This document shows, in pieces, positions 29,485 to 38,327 of a DNA stretch of 64,000 nt. The notes beneath the pieces are model-generated. The model had not been told where the DNA came from. It did not search any database and saw only the letters and a list, made by a program, of their open reading frames with translations. Position 1 is the stretch's first letter; each line of letters starts with the position of its first letter. The stretch is taken from positions 15,514 to 79,513 of the forward strand of contig CANREN010000002.1 of assembly GCA_947629705.1 (NCBI GenBank), written 5' to 3'. This DNA is from an uncultured Alistipes sp. (GTDB lineage Bacteria; Bacteroidota; Bacteroidia; Bacteroidales; Rikenellaceae). Position numbers and translations under genes: made by a program.

Positions 29485-30167
29485 CTATCTTCGACTTCGA
29501 AATCGTAGCCGAGCCGCTTGCCCGTAACGAACTTCGAATTGTCCATCTTCGTATTGAACTGGTCCACCGTAACCCGTTTGTTCTCCTCGTAGGGAGGCGT
29601 CAGCAGGTCGAAATCCAAGGCGAACCGGATCGCCGATTCCAATACGGCGACCAACGCCTCGCGGTCGATCTCCCGCTCGCCGAAGTGCATGACCCGCATC
29701 GAAGTCTGCCCTTTGCCCTCGACGAAATAACGCCGTTCGCGATTGATAAAGATCCGGCCGATCAGATACCCTTCGTCGGCATTGCGGTTGAACTTGAACG
29801 AATCGGAAAGGAAGTTGTAGATGTCGATGATGCCGCAATAGGCGTTCTCGCGATCGGTCTGCACGTAGGGATTCTGCCACAACAGATGGTCCGAGGCAAA
29901 CTGAAAGACATCGGTGTGCATCCGGAAGAGGAGCAGATCGTTGGCCACCTGCAGCTGCGCTTCGAACTTGCCGCGGTCGCGGTATTCGATCCGGACGCGG
30001 CGGTCGAGCCGCCCCTCCAAAGCGTCGTCCAGCTCCGAAGCCATCTCCAGCAGCGTCTCCTTCAACAGGTTGAATGCCGAAAATGCCTGGTCGAAAACCT
30101 TTTGTTTCAGATTCGATTTGCGAACGACCTCCTCCAGTATCTTCGTCCGCAACGGGGAATTGTCCAT
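29481..30167 (-). CDS. Conserved hypothetical cytoplasmic protein
   Basis: 228-aa ORF with GC-rich third codon positions. Its stop overlaps the DPP-IV start by 4 nt, so the two are coupled. I recognise no motif. Confidence 0.6.
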   Translation of the reverse strand: MDNSPLRTKILEEVVRKSNLKQKVFDQAFSAFNLLKETLLEMASELDDALEGRLDRRVRIEYRDRGKFEAQLQVANDLLLFRMHTDVFQFASDHLLWQNPYVQTDRENAYCGIIDIYNFLSDSFKFNRNADEGYLIGRIFINRERRYFVEGKGQTSMRVMHFGEREIDREALVAVLESAIRFALDFDLLTPPYEENKRVTVDQFNTKMDNSKFVTGKRLGYDFEVEDS

Positions 30168-30224
30168 GGTTCCGATTGTTATTTTAACATTTCATGCACC
30201 GACGGTCGTAAAAACCGCTGCTTT

Positions 30225-30319
30225 CCGAAGCCCCCGCCTTGGCGGGGTGGGCTTATGTCGAAGCCCGCAAGGTCTTACGGTTTCGGTTGGCCGTCGGTGT
30301 AAATTCGCAGGTAATCGCC
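30225..30319 (-). repeat. Structured intergenic repeat, copy B (inverted relative to copy A)
   Basis: This is the reverse complement of copy A at 9350-9440. It lies in the 153-nt gap between two co-oriented minus-strand genes and is enclosed by the 9-bp pairing caccgacgg (30197-30205) / ccgtcggtg (30291-30299). Confidence 0.8.
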
Positions 30320-30320
30320 T

Positions 30321-31322
30321 CTATTTAATTCTAATTTCCAATCCTTCGGGAAGCACCGCATCCTCGGCATACGACCGGCGGTTCATCTTGGCCAGCGACC
30401 GGCTGCGGATGCCATAAATCTGGCCCACGGTGTAGAGCGTCTCTCCCGCACGGCACACATGGATCGCCGCATCGCCCGTCCATCGCCGCTTCTTCCGCTC
30501 GATATAGACCGGCATGTCCTTCGACGGCTGCGTCCGGCGATCCGTCAGATCGTTGAATTTGCGCAGATTGCGCGCCGATATGCGGAACTGCTTTCCGATA
30601 TTCTCGAACGTGTCGCCCTCCTTGGCCGGCACGTAATGCACGCCGTTGGCCGTATACACGTTGTATCCGTTGTGCGCGTTGACGGTAACCCGATAGTTGT
30701 CCGGATCGATGACCGCGCCCGAAGCGGCTTTGCCGATCTCCGACCGGCTGCCGTACCTGCCGGCCACCTGCTCGCGCGCAGCGTACAGGCGGCTGCCGTC
30801 GGGGCGGTCGAGCAGGTAGAGCTGGTTCTCCTCGATGATGCGGATGAGCCGTTGCGCATAGTCGGGCGCCGTGGCATACCCCGCCGCCTTGAGCCCCCGC
30901 GCCCAGCTCTTGTAATCGGTCGACGAGTAGGCGAACAACGAATCGTATCGGGGCGATTGGTCGAGAAACTCCGCATGGTCGCGGTAGGACTCCTCGACCG
31001 ACGGATAACTGCGGAAACATTCGCCCTTGGCGTCGTCGTCGTGGTAGACCTTCGCCCCCTTCCAGTCGCGTTTGCACTTGATGCCGAAATGGTTGTTCGA
31101 CAGCACCGACAGCCGGCTGTTGCCGCTGTCCGACTCCAAGATGCCCTGCGCCAAGGTGATGCTGGCCGGTATGCCGTAACGCTCCATGTCGCCGATGGCG
31201 ATCGACTTGTATCGCTCGATATACTCCTCGCTCGTCTGACGCGTCCGCTTTTGGGCCTGCGCCCCGAAGAGAGCAACGGAGAGGATGCCGGCAAGGATGA
31301 TTGATTTTCTGAAATTCGTCAT
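30321..31322 (-). CDS. Peptidoglycan hydrolase: glucosaminidase domain plus LysM repeats
   Basis: 333-aa ORF with a signal peptide. It has an N-terminal FlgJ/glucosaminidase-like segment (ITLAQGILESDSGNSRL...NNHFGIK). Two C-terminal LysM-like repeats are present (YVPAKEGDTFENIGKQF; HVCRAGETLYTVGQIYG). Confidence 0.75.
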   Translation of the reverse strand: MTNFRKSIILAGILSVALFGAQAQKRTRQTSEEYIERYKSIAIGDMERYGIPASITLAQGILESDSGNSRLSVLSNNHFGIKCKRDWKGAKVYHDDDAKGECFRSYPSVEESYRDHAEFLDQSPRYDSLFAYSSTDYKSWARGLKAAGYATAPDYAQRLIRIIEENQLYLLDRPDGSRLYAAREQVAGRYGSRSEIGKAASGAVIDPDNYRVTVNAHNGYNVYTANGVHYVPAKEGDTFENIGKQFRISARNLRKFNDLTDRRTQPSKDMPVYIERKKRRWTGDAAIHVCRAGETLYTVGQIYGIRSRSLAKMNRRSYAEDAVLPEGLEIRIK

Positions 31323-31425
31323 TGATTCGGTTCTGCTTCTGTGTCGTGTGTCGATCCTGCGGTCAATCCGCGCAGCATCCGGGAAGAGGCTCCTCCTCCG
31401 CGAATCCGCTGCGGATATATGCAGA

Positions 31426-31433
31426 CAAAGATA
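31426..31433 (-). promoter_or_regulatory. -7 box TATCTTTG for the glucosaminidase gene
   Basis: The plus strand reads caaagata, about 104 nt upstream of ATG 31322 on the minus strand. Confidence 0.4.
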
Positions 31434-31509
31434 CGGTTTTCAAACGAAAATTACAAATTCGGGAGAGGTGATGCCAAACGCAGCGAGGTCCTCGCCGGAA
31501 ATGCAAAAC

Positions 31510-31902
31510 CTACCAATGACTTTGCCAGGCATCGGGGATGAAGCGCACCGCCATCGAGCCGTCGGCACGACAATCCACGGCGACCAGATCGAACCGCACC
31601 TCGCCCTCCCACTGCGTCCATGCGACGTAGGCCCGGGCTGCACGGAACAGGGCCCGCTGTTTCTGCGGGGTCAGGGCCGCCTCGGGAGCGGTCAGGCCCT
31701 CGGCGCGACGGGTCTTGACCTCCACGATATGCAGCTCCCCCGCTTTGCAGGCGACGATATCCAATTCGTAACGGCCCTCCCGCCAATTCCATGCGCACAA
31801 CTCGTATCCCTCGCGGCGCAAGAACTCCGCAGCGGCCCGCTCGCCCGCCTGACCGATTTCGGCCGCTTTCGTCGGAGCGTCTCTTTTCGGAAAATCGTTC
31901 AT
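31510..31902 (-). CDS. yraN: YraN family (UPF0102) endonuclease-like protein
   Basis: 130-aa ORF. The pattern GERAAAEFLRREGYELCAWNWR...ELDIVA...LHIVEVKTR matches UPF0102. Confidence 0.8.
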   Translation of the reverse strand: MNDFPKRDAPTKAAEIGQAGERAAAEFLRREGYELCAWNWREGRYELDIVACKAGELHIVEVKTRRAEGLTAPEAALTPQKQRALFRAARAYVAWTQWEGEVRFDLVAVDCRADGSMAVRFIPDAWQSHW

Positions 31903-32054
31903 AGTGCCTCCGAGGTTTTTTTATTAAGCGGTTGCGCATACGGCACGAATCCGATTTCGCGGACACCCGGAAGGGACGACGCGATTCCGGGCATCGGATA
32001 ACGCAGATATTCCTCGCCGGCATTGGCCGAGTTGGAGATTGGCAGTAATTTCAT
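31899..32054 (-). CDS. Candidate unannotated small ORF (51 aa) coupled to yraN
   Basis: Hand translation gives MKLLPISNSANAGEEYLRYPMPGIASSLPGVREIGFVPYAQPLNKKTSEAL. Its TGA overlaps the yraN ATG (ATGA). It lies downstream of a minus-strand TACTTTTG box and is below the 60-aa cutoff of the ORF track. Codon bias is only moderate. Confidence 0.25.
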   Translation of the reverse strand: MKLLPISNSANAGEEYLRYPMPGIASSLPGVREIGFVPYAQPLNKKTSEAL

Positions 32055-32136
32055 AAACAACTATATGCTAATTGTTTATATAAACGGTTGTTCTATTGGT
32101 CGGAAAAATTGTCAGCAAAAAAAACATATGTTTTGT

Positions 32137-32144
32137 CAAAAGTA
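32137..32144 (-). promoter_or_regulatory. -7 box TACTTTTG (minus strand) for the small ORF/yraN
   Basis: The plus strand reads caaaagta. It is back-to-back with the plus-strand acpP box 14 nt away. Confidence 0.4.
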
Positions 32145-32157
32145 ATAAAAAAAATGT

Positions 32158-32165
32158 TACTTTTG
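32158..32165 (+). promoter_or_regulatory. -7 box TACTTTTG upstream of acpP
   Basis: Exact TAnnTTTG match. It would give a leader of about 265 nt before ATG 32438. Confidence 0.45.
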
Positions 32166-32215
32166 CGCAGATTTCCATAAAATCGTGGGTTACCGGCTCG
32201 GGAACCTCCGATGGA

Positions 32216-32224
32216 GGGGGGGGG
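32216..32224. repeat. G9 homopolymer in the acpP leader
   Basis: Nine consecutive G, read directly. Confidence 0.9.
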
Positions 32225-32437
32225 ATCGAACGCCGCGGTGCAAAGCCTCCGTTTGAAGGCAGGGCCGTGAATAGTTTGACGGCAGGAGTGCGAATGGTTC
32301 GGCTGCAACCGAACCGGTGCGGAGGCAAAACGGCCGATAAGGGCGGGCCCCGTATAATTAGGAAGATGACCCATACAATTAGGGAGAATAAAAAGAACAA
32401 CCGTGTTAATAAATGTTTAACTAAAAATTTTACGATT

Positions 32438-32674
32438 ATGTCAGAAGTTCAATCCAAAGTTGTCGAGATCATCGTCGACAAACTCGGTGTCAAGGAGTCG
32501 GAAGTCGTTCCCGAAGCAAGTTTCACGAACCACCTCGGTGCGGATTCGCTCGATACCGTCGAGTTGATCATGGAGTTCGAAAAGGCTTTCGATATCACGA
32601 TCCCCGACGAAGACGCTGAAAAGATCGCTACCGTCGGCGATGCGATCAAGTATATCGAAGAGCACAAGAAATAA
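32438..32674 (+). CDS. acpP: Acyl carrier protein
   Basis: 78-aa ORF starting [12 protein letters not shown], with the phosphopantetheine attachment motif [10 protein letters not shown]. The longer ORF-track start at 32096 was rejected. Confidence 0.95.
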   Translation: MSEVQSKVVEIIVDKLGVKESEVVPEASFTNHLGADSLDTVELIMEFEKAFDITIPDEDAEKIATVGDAIKYIEEHKK

Positions 32675-32777
32675 TAACATACTATTCGGATAGAAGACGA
32701 ACCGGGACCGACCCCGCCGGACGAGTGCGCGGATGCGGATTTTCGGATTTCACACCAAGAACAACCAAAGTCTCGAT

Positions 32778-34025
32778 ATGGCAGAAAGAAGAGTAGCAGT
32801 AACGGGTATCGGAACCATCAACCCGCTCGGCAACAACGTTGAAGAATATTTTTCGAATCTGGAAAAAGGCGTCAGCGGCGCCGCAGCGATCACTCATTTC
32901 AACGCCGAAAAATTCAAGACACGGTTCGCTTGCGAAGTCAAAAACTACGATCCGTCCCAGTACTTCGACCGCAAGGAGGTACGCAAATACGATCTCTTCA
33001 CGCAGTACGCCCTCGTGGCGGCTACACAGGCCGTCGAAGATGCGGCATTCGACCTCGACGCCATCGACAAGGAACAGGTCGGCGTCATCTGGAGTTCGGG
33101 TATCGGCGGTCTCAAATCGTTCTTCGACGAATGTCTGGGCTATGCCGAGGGCGGAATGACCCCTCGGTTTAGCCCATTCTTCATTCCCCGCATGATCTCC
33201 GATATCGCCGCAGGGTTCATCTCCATGAAGTACGGCTTCATGGGGCCCAACTACTGCTGCGTTTCGGCCTGCGCCTCCTCGAACCACGGCTTGATCGCCG
33301 CTTTCGACGCTATCCGCTACGGCAAGGCCGACGTGATGGTTGCAGGCGGCTCGGAAGCGGCCGTCAACGAACCGGCTGTCGGCGGGTTCAACGCCATGCA
33401 GGCGCTCTCGACGCGCAACGACGATCCGGCCACCGCATCGCGCCCCTTCGACAAAGACCGCGACGGTTTCGTCATCGGCGAAGGCGCCGGCGCCTTGATT
33501 CTCGAAGAGTTGGAGCACGCCAAAGCCCGCGGAGCGAAAATTTACTGCGAAATCGCCGGCGGCGCCGCATCGGCCGACGCCCACCACTTCACGGCACCGC
33601 ATCCGGAGGGATTCGGCGCCATGAAAGCCATGCGCGATGCCCTCAAAGATGCGCATCTTGCGCCGGAAGCGGTCGACTATATCAACGTTCACGGTACGTC
33701 GACCCCGTTGGGCGATATCGCCGAGCTGAAAGCCGTTGCGGGCGTATTCGGCGACCATGCCTGCAAACTGAATATCTCTTCGACGAAATCCATGACCGGC
33801 CACCTGTTAGGCGCCGCCGGTGCCGTCGAGGCGCTGGCCTGCATCTATGCCATCACGCACGGCACCGTGCCCCCGACCATCAACTGCAAGGAACTCGACC
33901 CCGAAATCGACAGCAAGCTCAATCTGACGCTGAACACGGCTCAAAAACGCGAAGTGAACTGCGCATTGAGCAACACGTTCGGATTCGGAGGCCACAACGC
34001 CACGGTCATTTTCCGCAAATACTGA
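32778..34025 (+). CDS. fabF: 3-oxoacyl-ACP synthase II
   Basis: The start is set at MAERRVAVTGIG. It has the active-site Cys in VSACASS, His motifs HGTSTPLGD and GHLLGAAG, and follows acpP. Confidence 0.9.
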   Translation: MAERRVAVTGIGTINPLGNNVEEYFSNLEKGVSGAAAITHFNAEKFKTRFACEVKNYDPSQYFDRKEVRKYDLFTQYALVAATQAVEDAAFDLDAIDKEQVGVIWSSGIGGLKSFFDECLGYAEGGMTPRFSPFFIPRMISDIAAGFISMKYGFMGPNYCCVSACASSNHGLIAAFDAIRYGKADVMVAGGSEAAVNEPAVGGFNAMQALSTRNDDPATASRPFDKDRDGFVIGEGAGALILEELEHAKARGAKIYCEIAGGAASADAHHFTAPHPEGFGAMKAMRDALKDAHLAPEAVDYINVHGTSTPLGDIAELKAVAGVFGDHACKLNISSTKSMTGHLLGAAGAVEALACIYAITHGTVPPTINCKELDPEIDSKLNLTLNTAQKREVNCALSNTFGFGGHNATVIFRKY

Positions 34026-34041
34026 AACGCGCGCTCCCGCC

Positions 34042-34815
34042 GTGGTGGATTTCATCTTACGCCCTTTTCGGAGGAACTTCGGTCGGGACAAGGCTTATTA
34101 CCGACTCGTCGATGACCTGTTCGGATTCATTCCGCACAACATTGAACTCTACAAGCTGGCTTTGATTCACAAGTCAGCTTCTTTGATTTTGGACGACGGG
34201 CGGCCGATCAACAACGAGCGGCTCGAATTTTTAGGCGATGCCGTCATCGAGGCCGCGACCTCGGATTACGTCTTCATCGAGTTTCCGGACAAGGACGAAG
34301 GGTTTATGACGCAGCTGCGGTCGCGGATCGTCTCGCGGCAGTCGCTCAATGCGCTGGCCATCCAATTAGGGCTCGACAAACAGGTCATCGCGAATGCCGG
34401 AGCCGGTCTGGTTCAGAAACATATCTTCGGCGACGCGTTCGAAGCGATGATGGGGGCGATCTATTTAGATCAAGGTTACGAATTTGTCAACCGGCTGCTC
34501 ATCAACCGCCTTTACTATCGCTACCTGAATATCGACGATCTGACCCGCTCCGACCCCGATTACAAAAGCCGGTTGATCGAATGGTGCCAGAAAGGGCGTC
34601 ATCGCATCGTTTTCCGGTCGAACCGGGACGAAGGATGTTCGCTTTCGCATCCGCATTTCAGCGCCACGGTCGAAATCGACGGCATGGAGGTCGGATTCGG
34701 AGCCGGCGAATCGAAAAAGGAGGCGGAACAACAAGCCGCCTATTCGGTCGCCCATGCCATGAACGACGAACAATGCGCCTCGCTGCTCGATCATTACGAC
34801 CGGCTCACCCGATAA
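34042..34815 (+). CDS. rnc: Ribonuclease III
   Basis: GTG start. It has the RNase III signature ERLEFLGDAV and a C-terminal dsRNA-binding region (GESKKEAEQQAA). Confidence 0.9.
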   Translation: MVDFILRPFRRNFGRDKAYYRLVDDLFGFIPHNIELYKLALIHKSASLILDDGRPINNERLEFLGDAVIEAATSDYVFIEFPDKDEGFMTQLRSRIVSRQSLNALAIQLGLDKQVIANAGAGLVQKHIFGDAFEAMMGAIYLDQGYEFVNRLLINRLYYRYLNIDDLTRSDPDYKSRLIEWCQKGRHRIVFRSNRDEGCSLSHPHFSATVEIDGMEVGFGAGESKKEAEQQAAYSVAHAMNDEQCASLLDHYDRLTR

Positions 34816-34884
34816 TATCGCTGCACAAACGAACTTTCATCCGCCAAAGCCCTCCTGACCGACCGCAGGAGCCGAACCATCAAG

Positions 34885-35523
34885 ATGGATTCCCTTAATG
34901 ACAAAATCGCGCTGCACGGAGCCGAATCGCTCACGGACAAAGAGTTGCTGACCCTTCTGACGGGCGATGAAACGATCGCCGACCTGCTGTTGACGGAGGT
35001 CGGCGGATCGCTCGAGCGGTTAGGCCGTCTCAATCCGTCGCGGCTGCGGATGATCGGAGGGTTGGGTCTGCGGCGGGCGCAGCTGCTGCTGGCAGCGGCC
35101 GAATACGGGCGGCGCACAGCAGCCAGACAACCGGTCGATTCCGACGCGGTCATCCGGCAAAGCGACGACATCGTGCGACTGTTCCGGCCCCAATTGGAAG
35201 GGCTTGTTCACGAAGAGTGCTGGGCGGTCTATCTCACGGCGTCGAACCGCATCATCGAACGGCAGCGCATCAGCCAGGGCGGGGTGCAGGCGACCGTCGT
35301 AGACCCGCGCATCGTGGTGAAACGGGCGCTCGAATTACTGGCTTCGCAATTGATCCTGATCCACAACCATCCGTCGGGAGCCGCCGAGCCGAGCCCCGAG
35401 GACAAAATCATGACCCGTCGAATCGCCGAGGCATCGGCCTTGTTCGAAATCCATCTGCTCGACCACATCATCCTCTCGCACGAAGGCGAATTTTCGTTCC
35501 GCGGCGCCGGACTGCTCGAATAA
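34885..35523 (+). CDS. radC: RadC-like JAB-domain protein
   Basis: 212-aa ORF with an N-terminal helix-hairpin-helix-like region and the JAB/MPN motif HNHPSG. Confidence 0.85.
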   Translation: MDSLNDKIALHGAESLTDKELLTLLTGDETIADLLLTEVGGSLERLGRLNPSRLRMIGGLGLRRAQLLLAAAEYGRRTAARQPVDSDAVIRQSDDIVRLFRPQLEGLVHEECWAVYLTASNRIIERQRISQGGVQATVVDPRIVVKRALELLASQLILIHNHPSGAAEPSPEDKIMTRRIAEASALFEIHLLDHIILSHEGEFSFRGAGLLE

Positions 35524-35659
35524 CGAAGCGTGTCCGCGCACATTCAGCCCCATCGGGTTCGCGTGCGGTGCAGCTTCAGCTCCGGATGCGGATGATCGCC
35601 GGCGTTTTCAGTTGCGGCACCTGCGTTACGGCGAATTTCCGACCGCTGCATGCGGCCTT

Positions 35660-35693
35660 GTCGCGGCTACTCCCGAACCGGAACAGCCGCGAC
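35660..35693 (+). terminator. Hairpin downstream of radC
   Basis: Stem gtcgcggct ... agccgcgac, followed by an A-rich rather than T-rich tail. This is weak as an intrinsic terminator. Confidence 0.35.
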
Positions 35694-35738
35694 CGCAAAA
35701 AACCGCTGCGACATACGACGGATTCCCTTTTTATTTTG

Positions 35739-35746
35739 TACTTTTG
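35739..35746 (+). promoter_or_regulatory. -7 box TACTTTTG for glyQS
   Basis: Exact TAnnTTTG match 32 nt upstream of ATG 35778. Confidence 0.5.
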
Positions 35747-35777
35747 CAGACGCGAAAACTAAAAAACGAGATACACG

Positions 35778-37322
35778 ATGACGCAGGAAGAACTCTTCAA
35801 GAAATTAGTCGCCCACTGCAAGGAGTACGGATTCGTATTCCCGTCGAGCGAAATCTACGACGGACTGGCAGCCGTCTACGATTACGGTCAGAACGGCGTG
35901 GAGCTGAAAAACAATATCAAACGCTATTGGTGGGACTCGATGGTGAAGCTGCACGGCAATATCGTGGGCCTCGACGCCGCTATCTTCATGCACCCCCGCA
36001 CGTGGGAGGCATCGGGCCACGTCAGCGCATTCAACGACCCGTTGATCGACAACCGCGATTCGAAAAAACGCTATCGCGCCGACGTGCTGATCGAGGAGTG
36101 GCTCGCCAAACAGGACGAAAAGGTCGAAAAGGAGATCGAGAAGGCCCGCAAACGCTTCGGCGAACAGTTCGACGAGGCCAAATACCGCGCCACGTCGCCC
36201 CGTGTGGCCGAGACGCTCGCCCACCGCGACGCCGTGCATAAACGGTTCGCCGATGCGCTGAATGCCAACGACCTCGACGCCCTGCGCCAGATCATTTCGG
36301 AGTGCGAAATCGTCTGCCCCATCTCCGGCACGCGCAACTGGACTGAAGTGCGCCAGTTCAACCTGATGTTCTCGACCCAGATGGGGTCGGCGGCCGACGG
36401 AACCAACACCATCTACCTGCGACCGGAGACGGCCCAGGGCATTTTCGTCAATTTCCTCAACGTCCAGAAGACCGGACGGATGAAACTGCCGTTCGGTATC
36501 GCGCAGATCGGCAAGGCGTTCCGCAACGAGATCGTCGCCCGCCAATTCATCTTCCGTATGCGCGAGTTCGAGCAGATGGAGATGCAGTTCTTCGTGCGCC
36601 CTGGCACCGAAATGACGTGGTGGAACCGTTGGAAAGAGACCCGCATGGCCTGGCACCGCGCATTGGGCTTCGGCGACGACAACTACCGTTTCCACGACCA
36701 CGACAAACTGGCCCACTACGCCAATGCCGCGACCGACATCGAATACAACTTCCCGTTCGGATTCAAGGAGGTGGAGGGCATCCACTCGCGGACGGATTTC
36801 GATCTGGGCAATCACCAGAAATTCTCGGGCAAGAAGATCCAGTACTTCGATCCCGAGACGGGCGAGAGCTACGTGCCTTATGTGGTGGAGACCTCGATCG
36901 GCGTCGACCGCATGTTCCTGCAGGTGATATCGGCGGCCTACACCGAGGAGCAGCTCGATGGCGGCGATACGCGCGTCGTACTGCGTCTGCCCGCGGCGCT
37001 GGCTCCGGTCAAGGCGGCCGTGCTGCCGCTCGTCAAGAAGGACGGAATGCCCGAAAAGGCGCAGGAGATCGTCGACCTGCTGAAATACGACTACAACATT
37101 GTCTACGACGAGAAGGATTCGGTCGGCAAGCGCTACCGCCGGCAGGATGCCATCGGCACGCCGTTCTGCATCACGGTCGACGGCCAGACGCTCGAAGACA
37201 ACACCGTAACGGTTCGCCACCGCGACACGATGCAGCAGGAGCGCGTGGCGGTCGACGCCCTTCACGCCATGGTCGACGAGGAGTGCTCCTACCGCAAGCT
37301 CTTCAAGAAGCTGAACCTGTAA
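35778..37322 (+). CDS. glyQS: Glycine--tRNA ligase (single-chain class II)
   Basis: 514-aa ORF with class II motif 2-like sequence FRNEIVARQFIFRMREFEQME and a C-terminal anticodon-binding domain. Confidence 0.9.
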   Translation: MTQEELFKKLVAHCKEYGFVFPSSEIYDGLAAVYDYGQNGVELKNNIKRYWWDSMVKLHGNIVGLDAAIFMHPRTWEASGHVSAFNDPLIDNRDSKKRYRADVLIEEWLAKQDEKVEKEIEKARKRFGEQFDEAKYRATSPRVAETLAHRDAVHKRFADALNANDLDALRQIISECEIVCPISGTRNWTEVRQFNLMFSTQMGSAADGTNTIYLRPETAQGIFVNFLNVQKTGRMKLPFGIAQIGKAFRNEIVARQFIFRMREFEQMEMQFFVRPGTEMTWWNRWKETRMAWHRALGFGDDNYRFHDHDKLAHYANAATDIEYNFPFGFKEVEGIHSRTDFDLGNHQKFSGKKIQYFDPETGESYVPYVVETSIGVDRMFLQVISAAYTEEQLDGGDTRVVLRLPAALAPVKAAVLPLVKKDGMPEKAQEIVDLLKYDYNIVYDEKDSVGKRYRRQDAIGTPFCITVDGQTLEDNTVTVRHRDTMQQERVAVDALHAMVDEECSYRKLFKKLNL

Positions 37323-37335
37323 GCCGCGTGAGGCA

Positions 37336-37758
37336 GTGGGACGCATCCTCGCGATAGACTACGGCACGAAACGCACGGGCATCGCCGTGAGCGACCCGTT
37401 GCGCATCATTGCCGGAGGTTTGGAGACCGTCCCGACCCGGACGCTCGAAAAGTGGATAGCGGACTACCTCGCCCGTGAGCAAGTCGACGTCCTTGTTTTA
37501 GGAAAACCGTCGCGCATGGACGGCACCCCGTCCGAAATGTGGCGCCATATCGAACCGCTGGCCGCACGGCTCCGCAACGCCTATCCCGACAAGGAGGTGG
37601 TCTTCTACGACGAGCGGCTGACGTCGGTCATCGCCCACCGGACGATACTCGACAGCGGCATCGGACGCATGGCCCGCCGCGACAAGGCGTTGGTCGACAA
37701 AATCTCGGCGACGATCATCCTGCAAGGATACATGGAACGAATGCAAACGAACGAATGA
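37336..37758 (+). CDS. ruvX: Putative pre-16S rRNA nuclease / Holliday junction resolvase-like YqgF
   Basis: GTG start. It has the N-terminal motif ILAIDYGTKRTGIAVSD and is 140 aa long. Confidence 0.85.
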   Translation: MGRILAIDYGTKRTGIAVSDPLRIIAGGLETVPTRTLEKWIADYLAREQVDVLVLGKPSRMDGTPSEMWRHIEPLAARLRNAYPDKEVVFYDERLTSVIAHRTILDSGIGRMARRDKALVDKISATIILQGYMERMQTNE

Positions 37759-37760
37759 CT

Positions 37761-38309
37761 ATGATCTACCCTATCGTAATATACGGCGACGAGGTGCTTC
37801 GCAAGCCCTGCGAACCATTGTCGCCCGACACGGCAGCAGAAACGAAAACGATGGTCGAGAACATGTTCCTGACCCTCGGCGAGGCGGGCGGCGTCGGATT
37901 GGCCGCGCCGCAGATCGGCCGCAGCCTCCGGCTGTTCATCATCGACTGCACGCCGTGGGCCGAAGACGACCCCTCCTGTGCGGGCTGCAAACAGGCCTTC
38001 ATCAATCCGGAAATCTACGAACGTTCGGCCGAGACGAAGACCTACAACGAAGGCTGCCTGTCGTTTCCCGGGCTCTATGCCGACGTGAAACGTTCGCTCT
38101 CCATCCGGATGCGCTATTTGGACACCGATTTCCAGCCACACGACGAAGCGTTCACCGGACTGAAAGCGTGGGTCATCCAGCACGAATACGACCATATCGA
38201 AGGGATCGTATTCACCGACCGCGTTTCGCCGCTGCGCCGCAACTTGCTCAAGGGCAAATTGCTCAATTTAGCGAAGGGCAAGTACAAATGCGCCTATAAA
38301 ACGAAGTAG
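37761..38309 (+). CDS. def: Peptide deformylase
   Basis: Motifs GVGLAAPQIG, EGCLSFPG and HEYDHIEG are present. The start is set at MIYPIV; an in-frame ATG two codons upstream is also possible. Confidence 0.9.
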   Translation: MIYPIVIYGDEVLRKPCEPLSPDTAAETKTMVENMFLTLGEAGGVGLAAPQIGRSLRLFIIDCTPWAEDDPSCAGCKQAFINPEIYERSAETKTYNEGCLSFPGLYADVKRSLSIRMRYLDTDFQPHDEAFTGLKAWVIQHEYDHIEGIVFTDRVSPLRRNLLKGKLLNLAKGKYKCAYKTK

Positions 38310-38327
38310 GCGCACACTGCGAGACCG

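Noticed and set aside
26947-29508. 853-aa plus-strand ORF covering the ogt and DPP-IV region.
   Set aside because: It is antisense to two genes with clear catalytic motifs (PCHRVV, GWSYGG). Its translation is Arg/Gly-rich with no recognisable domain.
9350-30319. Considered whether the two inverted 90-nt repeats delimit a composite transposon or an invertible 21-kb segment.
   Set aside because: There is no transposase, integrase or invertase between or beside them. The interval contains core genes (bamD, coaBC, recN). The repeats are only about 85 percent identical and look like members of a dispersed family. Inversion by homologous recombination cannot be excluded but has no support here.
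32166-32437. Tried to assign the acpP leader to a known riboswitch or RNA class (cobalamin, c-di-GMP-I, SRP RNA, RNase P, 6S, tmRNA).
   Set aside because: Only short fragments match (ggtgcaaagcc, gcaaagcctccg). The defining conserved cores of these RNAs are absent or in the wrong order. It is kept only as an unclassified structured leader.
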